DNA of 64,000 nt from Orbicella franksi (taxonomy: Eukaryota). The stretch spans positions 15,810,001 to 15,874,000 of the forward strand of contig OZ116702.1 of assembly GCA_964199315.1 (NCBI GenBank), given 5' to 3'. Positions 17,633 through 29,040 of the stretch are shown here, one piece after another (positions within the stretch are counted from its first letter, which is position 1; every line of letters begins with the position of its first letter). A program made the translations under genes and the position numbers. The notes beneath the pieces were generated by a model, which worked only from the letters and a program-made list of their open reading frames with translations, was not told the DNA's origin and did no database searches.

Positions 17633-19979
17633 ATGTCTTATTCAAACGGAATATCAGGCTCGTCAGGTGAAGTTGCCTCATCTGAAACAGTAATAGTAAA
17701 GGGTGAAAAAGGAGACCCTGGAATAGGTTTTAATTTAACTTCTTATGGAAATTATGATTTACAAAATAAAAAAGTGTTCAACCTGGACAGTCCTGATGAT
17801 CATAAAGTTGATGATGATTACAACACAAGAATCAAGAGATCTCAAGAGTGCTGTTAATAAAGAGTATTTGAACGACAAATTTCTGAAGAAGGATAAAGAT
17901 GGTAATTATTATGATGCCAGACAAATGGTAATCAAAAACACAGAACCGTATTATGATGGGTTATATGATAATAATACCTTAGTCAGTAAAGGCTTATGTT
18001 GATGCAGAAAATAGTAAGCAAGATATTGCTATTGCTGATAAAACCAGTAAGGCTTATGTTGATACAGAAAACGGTAAGCAAAACATTGCTATTGCTGGTA
18101 AAACCAACAAGTCTTATGTTGACAACGCTGATTCGGTTCTTCAGACAAATATTGATGGAACAAAAGAAGCTTTATGAGAAGTATTTGTGAAATTGGATCA
18201 AGGTTTGGATGAAAAATTGAGTATTCATGGTGGAAATTCTATGACTGTTGATCTTGATGCAGGCGACAACAAAATTATCAATTTAGGACCACCACCAACA
18301 AAAGACAATGCTGCTTCAAAAGAATACGTTGACACTGAGATCTCAAAAGTTGGTGGTTCCAATAAAATGGCTGCTGATTTTGACATGAACAACAAAAAAA
18401 TAATCAACTTATCCACTGACTCCCACAACATGTTGTCAGCCACTAATATCAGGTACGTAAACCAGGTCAAATCGGATATGATTATAACGCTGACTGATAG
18501 TTTTAGTAAAAAGATAAATGAGGCACATATAAGCGGCTCAACTGACTAAAAAAATGTTTTCCAATACCTTATGGACGATGTTAACCAGTCAACAAGTGAA
18601 AGTAACATTATCGTTGATGGTATCGAAGACTTTTCTGATTCGCTTCATGACATTGGTAAAAAAGCCTACAGTTTTAGAATGGGAAAAGGAGCACAAAACT
18701 GGTATGCATCTCGACTGAGTTTCAACATGTATCTACTTCCTGAAGGTGAATTCACTTTGGTGATTGAGTTTTTTTCACCAGTTATGGATCAGGTGACAGT
18801 GTCAGTTGTTTCTACTTCATTGAATATCAGTCAACAATCAACGAAACTGTTTTCTAAATACAGTAGATCCATCATCCACCTGCATAAATATGATGTAACT
18901 CCACCTGAATACATCTTTATTGACTTAAGATGCCAGGGTATTGCAAACAGTACATCTCAGGGGCGTGGTCATTTGGTTATTTATGGAATCGAGGACTCAC
19001 AGAATGATGTGAGCTCAGATGTCTTCGATGAGCCGTATTATTTGGAAAACGGAAAAATGACATTCAAAACTACTGTTGATTTTTTGAAATCTGCAAACTT
19101 TAATACAAACATCGATATCAAAAATCATCAGATAAAAAATGTTCAAGATGATGTCGAAAATAATGATACTGTGAATATCAAACAGTTGAATGAATTTGAA
19201 GATGATCTTGTAAAATCTTTCAGAAGAGAAATGCAAAATAAAATAGATCTTTTGGAAACAATAAAGTCTTTAGAATACAAAATAATCATAATGGAGAAAC
19301 AAATGGCCAGCTTGACATTGAATGCACCATTATTCAAAAGATTATTCGAATTCCTCGCTGATTTATTAAATCCTGAAACTGTCAAGAGGAGTGTTCCTAT
19401 AATATAAGTGCTTGGGATAATTTGAATGTAGTTACCTCAACTAGTTCACCAAGTAGCAAGAATTTTTCTGATTTAAGTCTAAAATATGGGTTCAAAAATA
19501 TCTGTAATGAAATGGATGTTAATCTCGACGTACAGAATGATTTCACCATGTTTTTTATTATCAAGCATGATACCAGTCTTTCATATGTTTTTGGTATGCA
19601 TTTTAGACACACAGCTCCAACAGATAACTACTCTATAGACGTACAGAATAGTGGTATTTTAAGCAATCTCAGATGCAGACCCAGTAATTTCGTATCTCCA
19701 AAATTTATCAATTTTGCAAATAAATTAAAAAATAAACAACTCATGACATGGGCTGGCAAAAATGGTAGTTCATACACTATAACGATAGCAGGAACATGTA
19801 ACATAATAACAGAAACACATTCTTATTCTGAACACGCATCTTCCAAAATACATCTCCATACAATGGGATATCTTTTGAGAATGGGTTTCACAACGAACTC
19901 TTATGCAATAGGTGGAGATGCTTTTCAAGCTATGGCATTAGCAGAACAAAACTTAGGAACATATTTCGGATTAGATTAA
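17633..19979 (+). pseudogene. Fibre-like long protein in several ORF fragments
   Basis: Short collagen-like GEKGDPG, repeated KIINL...A(A/S)KxYVD motifs, 20-aa tandem repeats, and IKNVQDDVENNDTVNIKQL. Confidence 0.6.
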
Positions 19980-19999
19980 ATATAATCTAAACCATACGT

Positions 20000-20490
20000 A
20001 TGAAAGCATCAAAGACTATTTTCAATTTCAATCACATTAATCCAAATTTAACCGAAGCTGAGATATCAGAGTTGAAAGCTTTGTACAAACACTTTCATAA
20101 AAAATACTGGCTATTCAAAATGGCATACAAATATTTTAGAAAAATGGACCTGGCATGTAAAATGGATCTGTTGGATTGATAGCAACAGGAACAAAAGTGG
20201 GAGCTGCAACATTGAACCCCATTGTTCTTGGGACAATATCAGGTGCTGGTCTTATTTTGAGCGCATTCACAGAAGCTAAAAATTACAAACGAAAGATTGA
20301 GATGTGTAAAATTGCTTACACTTCATATGAAAAAATATTGACCGTCATAAGGTCCTTTCTGAGAGGATTAGAATTCGATGACGAACGACTTTTGGACTAC
20401 ATCAAAATGGTCGATGAAATTATAATAGATATGTGTCCATTATACGACAAGTCTGAGGATAAATACAACAAATTGTTTACAACTGAATAA
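20000..20490 (+). pseudogene. Membrane protein with two hydrophobic segments, 1-nt frameshift; homolog of 2657-3122
   Basis: MKASK...LYKHFHKKYW..., frameshift near 20163, then GSVGLIATG...AYTSYEKILTVIR. Confidence 0.7.
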
Positions 20491-20499
20491 TATCTCGTG

Positions 20500-21012
20500 T
20501 TTTTTTCCGATATTGCTCATAAATGTCTAGCGCTTTTTTAGACTTCGTCATGGGTTATTTTCATGTGGTATATTTAACATTTTGAATATTTGTTTCAAAA
20601 TAAAATTAATGTTAATCATTCGTTTGCGATTACCATTAATCTGTGGTAGCATCTTGTCTATTTCTCTGAAAATCTTATGTATTTTGGTTAAATCAGAAAC
20701 TGGTATTTGTAATTTGTATTTACTGCATATGTTATTTATCACGTTTTCTAAATGATATTTTCTTTGGTAAACCGATTTCTTGACAATCTTGTACTTGTTT
20801 TCATGAAAATCAATGTATTGGCTGGCTATATCATAACTGTTAACTGTGCCGCAATTACGGCATACATTGGCGCCTTTGTTATTGACAATATCTTGTTTTT
20901 CACAACAAGGAAGTTATATTGTTGATGGTTGTTGTAATTCATGATCGCAGAATCGACAATCTATGTAGTCCATTTTGATCATCTCACTATCTATTTCTAT
21001 ATTGCAGTTCAT
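20500..21012 (-). pseudogene. VLTF3-like late transcription factor with zinc ribbon; premature stop at 20914-20916
   Basis: CRFC, CCEKQ...VCRNCGTV, YQRKYHLENVI and RKRMININFILKQIFKML, all in one frame. Confidence 0.55.
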
Positions 21013-21257
21013 CACTAATACGTATAGTAAATTTGATCAGGATCTGTTGATTGACTCGATTGACTTGAACTATACGAACTCATACATTATAGGTATAGAG
21101 TTTATTTTTTATATAACAGTTATACTATGGAACTCGATATGAAAAATTACGAAGTATATTCTTTCAGACTAGAAAAATACCCTGACAAAATATTCTATGC
21201 GGTTTTCAAAAAAGAGTCATTTTGGAAAAAAATTGAGAGGATTATTATGTAGATAAT

Positions 21258-21446
21258 ATGTATATGGAAATTGTACGTTGGTTCTGTCCGTATTGCTGTG
21301 AATATTATTTGTTGGCGTATATAATCCAACATAAACTAACAATGAAGCATCAAACGAATAAAGCAGAGTTTGAGAAGAGATATGATGAAAAGGTCAACGA
21401 CTGTCTTATACAATTATGTGTTTTTGATGCATCAGAAAGAGAGTGA
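21258..21446 (+). CDS. Small zinc-finger-like protein
   Basis: FCPYCC...QHKLTMKH pattern (C2H2/matrin-like). Confidence 0.4.
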   Translation: MYMEIVRWFCPYCCEYYLLAYIIQHKLTMKHQTNKAEFEKRYDEKVNDCLIQLCVFDASERE

Positions 21447-21517
21447 GAATTAGGGAAAAGTCCCGCGGATATGACATAACAGACTTGCGGTCTTTCCGAT
21501 AAATGTCGCGCAATGGA

Positions 21518-23251
21518 CTAATTTTTGATTTTATAATGTCCGTAAGCATATGATCGTATGCCATCTTTTTTCAGATATCTTTTACCATCAAAAAAACTCA
21601 AGTTCAGTTTATTCAATTTATAGCTTCCCAGTTGATGGCGACACATTTGATTGTTTTCATCTTATGATACATTTGCTGACTATTGAAGAGAGTATTTTTA
21701 TAGTCAACATGATGAATATTCTTTTTGATCACAATTTTCTTGATTTCTTTCGCGGTTTTACCGTTTTCACCATTGTCTTTGATATACAAATACATTTTAC
21801 TTCTGAGACCAACAAATTCTGTTATTATTTCACCAGCTGCCTCATCTTTGAACTTACCAATTACTTTCTTATTGGTCTTATTATAGAATTTACTATCTTC
21901 TGGATAATCACTGTTATCAAACTTACTTTTATCCGCCTAAAAGTCTTTGTAGATGTCTTTTGTTCGAATTTCACATGTGAGACAGTCAGTATCTGTGAAC
22001 AATAATTGAGCTTTTGATCCGTATTTTTTGTTTGATGTAATTGTAGTGGAAATCATACATCAAAGTCTTACTGAAGTCTAAAATACACATACGTAAATAA
22101 ACAGGTCTGTTCAAGGTCAGTGCTTCTTTGATCTTATGTACTGCAACTAGATTTTTATTGAAAATTTTTGATGATACGTAAGTAGGCTTACTTGCTACTT
22201 TAACATGTTGTTTCTCATCAGTAACAAGTCTAACATCAACTCGTTTACGAACATTCTCCATAGTTTTCCCAAAGACTGCATTATTCATGGGTTTGAAGAT
22301 GTCTTTTTCAAACGAATTTTTAGCATTAGTTCGTTTTCGTGTATTAAAATTAATGCGCTCTTTTAACCAAGGAGATTGATTAAATTTTAAAACACGATGA
22401 ATTTTGGTTAATTTTAATCCCAAATCAAGATATAATTGTATATTTCTGTAGTGGAAAACATATTTTTCTTTGTTATTCAACTGAGACTATTATCCAATCA
22501 CTACCTTCCGATAGCCATTGTGCGATCTTTTTCAAAATCTCTTCTTGGGAAATTTTTAATTGTTGGTTTAAATCAATGATGCTTGTAACAGTCTTGGCTT
22601 TACTATTGAAACGAGCAGTTTTACGTTTCAAATAATGCTTTCCACCAGTAATATCAATTTCAACTTCAACATCATTATCATTTTTTCCACTATCAGGGAT
22701 TTCTTTGATAAAATTTACTCTCAGAGTTTCATAAAATTTGAAATTTTTATTATTTTCCAAGTGAGATTTATTAAAATAGTACTCAATTGCCTGTCTGGTA
22801 GTTTGTAATTGAACTAACGGATCAATTTTATTTTTCAAATTAATTTCATAAGTTTCAACAGCATCTTTTAGAACTCGTTTAACAGGCGTTGTTTTAGTTC
22901 TTGGAGCTGGAATGGGAGGTTTTTTTTTGTTCTTGGTTTAGGTATTGGTTTTTCTACCTTCAACATAGCTCCAATAGGTAATTCTATCACTTTTGTTCTT
23001 GGAGCTGGAACAGGTGGTTGTTTAGTTCTTACAGCTGGCACAAGTTTAATCGTTCTAGGTTTTGGAACTGGTATCTGACCACCAATATAACCATCTCTGA
23101 ACTCAGGTGGTGGGGGAATTATGAGATTTTCATATTCCCAGACCATTTGTATGACACCTTTGCGTGGTTTAGGAATTGGTTTTTGTTGATCTTTCAACAA
23201 CAGATCAATAAGTTGAGATTTTGTCAATTTATTCAAATTTAATTTATTCAT
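21518..23251 (-). pseudogene. polB: Protein-primed PolB with a large internal deletion and frameshifts
   Basis: Pro-rich N-terminus (PVPKPRT/PVPAPRT repeats) and WLSEGSDWII, joined near 22480 directly to palm motifs MNNAVFGKTMEN, FTDTD, GKFKDE-like and FVGLRSKMY. C-terminus YAYGHYKI. Confidence 0.85.
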
Positions 23252-23774
23252 CTCTACTATATTATAGTTAGATATTATCATAATATTTTTCTTATTCATA
23301 CTCATTACTACCAATATATTAATACCGACATCGGTTTATATCTAATTTGGAGGGGTAATTTTTTATGTGATTTTCAGTAACTTGTGACTGAGGGTTGTAT
23401 TGATGAGGCTATAATATTATTTCACATTGAGCAAATGGTGAGGCAAATTTTGATTTCTGGAGGGATGTGGTGAAAAAGTAGGAAAAAATGAAAAGCCATG
23501 ATTTTGAAATGGTGAGCCATTTTTTGATTTCTGGAGGGGTTGGAAGATTGTTTTTTGAAAAAATATGAAAAATGCGTGTTTCGAGTTGGGGCCCGGTGAG
23601 GTAATTTTTTTGATTTCTAGAGGGGTGGTAGACACGAAAATTGCTCACGAGCGGGCTTGAAACGGAAGTTGCTCTGAGAGGGCTGAAAATACATTTTTGG
23701 AGAGTGAGCCCGGCGAGGGTATTTTTTTGGGGGGGAAGGCCGTTTTTGCATAATGTCTTAGTAGTCCCATTTCC

Positions 23775-24190
23775 TATACTACTCAGGATACCCGAAGCTA
23801 ACATGAATAAATTTCAAATTGGAGGTAACTTTGGCTTGTAAATTAACGCTGTAATGCTGCTTTCTGTTGAAGTAATCCTGGGGGTTATCTGGGGGTGCGT
23901 TTATTTCGATGTGACAACCGTCTATAGCGCCAACTATTTGGGGAATCCCGTATTCCTCTTCAAACTCATCGATCAGTTTCTGTAACTTTTTGTCTCGTTA
24001 ATGGAAACCTAATAAACTGGTCTTTCAGTCGGAGAAGAGAAAGTTCGAACTCGTCACAGATAGTTTTAGCGGTAGACATCCCAATTCCAAATTGCCGTCC
24101 ACAGCTTTTGAAGCTATCCCCTGTTGCTAGCCTCCACAGCGGAACGGCAATTCTTGCTTCGACGCTTACAGGTAAATGCATTCCTATGCG
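23775..24190 (-). mobile_element. PIF/Harbinger DDE transposase fragment
   Basis: LWRLATGDSF...FGIGMST, IVGAIDGCHIEINAP, DYFNRKQHYSVNLQ and FIHVSFGYP. Confidence 0.85.
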
Positions 24191-27100
24191 AACTGGACCA
24201 TTTATACGAGCGCAGTTTATATAAGACGCGAAGTGCTCGTATAAATCATGTGGTTCACGGCTTATTAGCGACTCTGTTTGCGGCTAATACCTCGCTTTTG
24301 TGTTGGTTGTCATAGCAATCGCGGAATAGTATAATATTCTGCCCTGGGTATTGTTATTCATGAAATGTAAATAAGGTATGGGGAAACGCTCTGGCTTGGG
24401 ACGAGTCCAAACGAGACGAAGAGTCTGGAGGATGCGCTCCAAAAACCCGGATTCCTCGCGGAGGAGGAGGGCGGGTCGCTACATCTAATCTAAACGGCGG
24501 CCTAGAGTAGAGTGCAAGGGGTGGGCCCAACGTGGACCTTTATATTCATAATTTAGAAGTCTCCAGGGCATATTATTAACATATGCAAATGACTTTGGAT
24601 AGCGCGAGCGGAAGAAAAACTTGCACTTAAGCAGTGCGACTCGCGTTTTACGTATTTATGTTCATATATGTTATTTACCGGCTGGGAGGTCCTTGTAGTG
24701 AAGATCTGTGACGAACTCAAGCCCGAGGTCACAATTTTTCGCTATACGGACCAGCCGTAGGCCAATAAATAACGTTTTTTTCCTCTCTCTCCCACCTTAC
24801 GTTTTGAAATTGTTGATCATTTCCACACAAACATCGCGCGCGCGTTGCCTTGACTGTGGTCACAGATAGGAAAATCCGGACCGCGCTAAGAGCCAATCAG
24901 ATTGCAGGATTCGTTAAGAAAAATAAATGTATATTGAACAAGCGTGAGGTCCGTAAAAGAGAATGAATGAGACTAATATTCCCTAATACAGACAGAACAA
25001 TTTACTTCAATAACGTATTTATTATAATGGATCTTTTAAAATTCTGCTGACACATGAATGCATCAATTCTCGGTAAGCGCGCGAGCCAAGGTCAATTATA
25101 TGTTTGCTTGTCTCAGGCCGCTTTCGAGAAAGTTTAACTAAAACTGTCCTCCAGACATAAAGGAAAATATATTTCTACTTAAGAAGACACTGTTTTCTTT
25201 CGTGCAAAAAAGGTGATTTACCGAAACGAGAGAATATGATCTGTCTGTTGCCGAAACTATTTCTGAGCGGTCCAGTATGGGGCGCTGAGAAAAGCAATCA
25301 GAATTATCCTCTGCCTCGTGGACCAATTTGCCAAGCATATAATAAGGATAATTACAGATGCATTTATATCATTTCGGCATGATCGTGCATCACTGTAATA
25401 CCGAGTTTGATAGCGCGGCTTTGCAAGCTATGCAGTTAAGTTGTATTTAACACACTTGCTTTTCATAACAATACATACCTTCTTTTGGGTTTGTTTGGTT
25501 GCGTCAAGCAAGACCTCAATACGTGACTTCTCTAAAGCCCACGTTCACTTTAGAGAAGCATTCGATTCCAAAGTCCGAAGATAATTGCTCATATACCATG
25601 ATGGCTAAGCCAATGAAAACTCTTGGATTGCATTATCCATTGATTCAGCTTTTAATACTACACGTTAACACATCCGTCTCCTTAGGAGGCTCGTTCGATA
25701 TCAATAACGCGCTATAACACTATTTTATGCTTGCACCGGCGTTATAACATGTCTTCCGTCGCTTCGTGCACACCTATTTTAAGTATCTGAACAATATTTG
25801 AGAGGGAATAGGACGTCCTTCTTTGATTTACATTTGTGGTATATATCGTAACGCAAGCGGAAAACCGAAAAATCATAATAAAAAAGAAAATACGAGAGAC
25901 TAAACAAATCTGTGCAAATACGAGGAGGACATGTGTTTTACGATCAAGCTTGATATTTGCATTTTTACAAATTGTTTTTGGTGCGTCTTCAATGATAGAT
26001 TACGGTGATTGAAACAAGCCTTAATTAATTTTTTTGCTCCATAATTGTTTTTTTTGAAAGAAAAAGAAAGAGCAATGCAATCTAAATGAAAAAGTCTTTA
26101 TGTGTCTCTACTGGAGTTCAGTTAACGACTTCATAAAAAGAACGTCTCCATAAAACAAACGCCTCCATACACAGTAAGTTGTCTAGCGATCATTCTCTCT
26201 CTAAACAGTGACAGAGACAAACTTCCATGTCAAGTTGAAAAGCTGGAACTATCTGTTCCCCCTCGTTGCTGAACGATTCAAGAAAATAAATTTCGTGCAG
26301 CTTCAAAGGTATCATGAAGAACAATGAGGCATAAATATCACCTATTAGAAATAGCCGATAAAATACGCGCGCTGATTGGTTAAAAATCGTGTTTCTATAA
26401 CACGTAATGATGGTCTGAGCAAAGATAATTTACATTTTGATGATGTTATATTTGGTATGTGCCGCCCCAAAACTGTAGGTTTTGAGCTGTTATTATTCCA
26501 ATCTGCAACAACAACCAACCATTTTATTTTGCCAGATTTACAAGAAAAGATAAAACCAGCTAGTATAAAAAAACAAAAAAACTACTCAGACTAGTAAGAA
26601 AACTAAACAAGCAGAGTAGATAGAAAAAAATAATAACAGGTTTTACCCTGTTTGCCACATACATAATCAAAGCGAAAAAAAAACCCACAAAAAAACGAGA
26701 TATAAACATATAGTTAAGTGAATGACAAAAAAAAAAGAAAGTAAAAAGTAATTTTACTCTACCAGTTAATGATAAGACCAAACTTGTATGTAAGTTTGTT
26801 TGGAACAAACAAAAACTATCTAAGGTAATAATACTAAGCCAATCTAAACTCTCTCGGTCTCCGAGGGTGGGGATGGAAGGCTTCGCCAGAGACTGTGTAG
26901 TGACAGCAAGTCCTGACTCGTACCCAGTGCTCCTATTAGACCACTCATAAGTATCTTAAACACTCATGATTGATCCAATAGGTTTACCTCCAGGCTCGCC
27001 AGATGTGTTTGCTTAAGCTCTCGGCGCACTGCCAGGCATGGGATATCCATAAGGCACTGGAAAGCTGGTGTGAACATTGTTAACATTACAACAGGGCACT

Positions 27101-27329
27101 GGCGGTGTAGTGTAATGTAGTGTAATATATGTAATAGGAGCACTTTCATGTACACAGGAAGTGTTTTCCAAGGCACGGGATATCCGTATGGCATTCGAAA
27201 GCTGGTATCAAAACACGAGGTTTTGAATGCTTCATGGATATCCCGCATTGCTTAAATAGTCAACCGTCAGCCTCCCTCCTGTTAGGATTTTAAATAATTT
27301 GTGTTCTATTTGCAAAATTAGTTTGATTA

Positions 27330-28920
27330 TTTATAGTGCCCTCAATTGCTTAATACCCTATAAAATAATCCAGTACGCCGTCGACACAACTGTTTTTGTT
27401 CAAGATATTCGGTCTGTTCATAGACTCTTTGATCTGCTGCAACAATTTGGAAACTGTTCTGGTCTCCGAATAAATCAATCTAAATAAGAAATACTTTGGC
27501 TGGGATCATTGCGTCAGAGAAAGGATTCCATTCTTAATCTAAAATTAAGCGATGAGTCTGTTTACGCATTGGGTGTATATTTTTCATATGATGAAGAACT
27601 TGCCACTAAAAATCTTCTTTGAAAAGTTTCCCAAAAAGACACTCAACATTTGGTCGTCTCGAGATATATCTATGTATGGAAGAGTAAATGCAGTCAAAAC
27701 GTTGGTAATATGCACACTAACTTTTATTTGCAGCGTGTTAGACACTCCAAATGGGTTTACCGATAAAGTAAACAACATAATATTCGATTACATATGAAAG
27801 TACAAGAATCCAAAACTCAAAAAAAAAACGACTTAAATCAAATATAAGAACGAGGGGGGCCTAAATATGCTAGATTTTACGCCATTTGATAAAGCATTAA
27901 AGATAGCCGGGTAAAGCACTTGTACGCTAACGATAAAAGACCATGTAAATTTATCCCACTATCCTTACTTTCCAATGTTGGCGGCAACCTTCTTTTCCGG
28001 TGTAACTATGACATCCAATATCTACCACTGAATGAAAACTTATCAAAATTCTATCGAGATATAATTTCCCACTGGCAGAAAATTAATAGCACTAATCCGA
28101 AAACAAAAGGAGACGTACTAACTCAAATAATATGGAATAATCAGTTTATTCGAGTATACAAGTCATCTGTCTTCTACCATGGTTGGAAAAAAGTCAGCAT
28201 TGAAAATCTCTCGTGCCTTTTCGACAACGAAATTAACACCTTGATGTCTTTTAAAACCTTCATGCAGAAATATAACGCCAAGAGTAATTTTCTACAGTAT
28301 TACAGCCTTCTGTCTGCAATACCGCAGAATCAGAAAACCGTGCTAAAGCAGGAATGTCTTCTACCGTCAACTGAATACGTACCACTTGAAATCGAAAAGG
28401 TTACATGCAAAACAATTGACAATACTTTACTGAATCAGCAGCACTTCCCTCCTCCAACTGCAGACAGAAGACTTATTGAACGCGGCTTTATCTTTCAAGA
28501 AAGACAAAAAATCTATTCACCTCCTTTTCCTGTCGCAAATGGGGTACAATTATCCGTGTTTCAATATAAAATAGTTCATAATATCCTGTATACAAATAAA
28601 ATTCTTTACAAGACGAAAAAGAAACAGCAACCCAATTGTCCTTATCGCCATGACATTGATCAGACACCACTCCATTTATCTGTCGAATGTCCAATTGCTA
28701 AATCCTTGTGGAATAAATTTACAAAGTGGTACTACACTACATGTAGAGGAAACATTGCTTTAGAGGTGAATGATATTATGTATGGTTTTTAAAATACACA
28801 TCGTCCGGCTTAACTCTAAATCACCTGATCACAATTGGAAAATATTTTCTTTACATTAGCGCAGTACAAGATGAAAAAAGACAATTAACTATTGCAGGCT
28901 AGCTGTGCAAATACAAATAT
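27330..28920 (+). mobile_element. 5'-truncated L1/Tx1-type non-LTR retrotransposon (ORF2 C-terminus), degraded
   Basis: QYAVDTT (from YADD), SGLRINQSK, GRVNAVKTL, GGLNMLDF, and the zinc-knuckle region FQYKIVHNIL...HLSVECPIAKSLW. Confidence 0.85.
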
Positions 28921-29040
28921 TGTTACTATCCATTTGGAAGTAACTTAATTAAATTATCGATTTGTAAGTAATTGTATTGTATCGTAATATTAGTATTGTT
29001 CTCAGTAGCATAAGTATCGTTTTGTTAGTAATGTCAACTA

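Larger units (their letters stand above)
13574..23650. mobile_element. Second, AT-rich, decayed Polinton (alpha-adintovirus-like); termini not resolved
   Basis: Remnants of major capsid, penton, amphipathic protein, ATPase and pPolB genes, with many stops and frameshifts. Much lower GC than the first element. Confidence 0.85.

Noticed and set aside
23778-23783. ACTACT as the right terminus of the second Polinton
   Set aside because: It falls at the edge of the Harbinger transposase fragment (FGYP region), and no matching left end was found.
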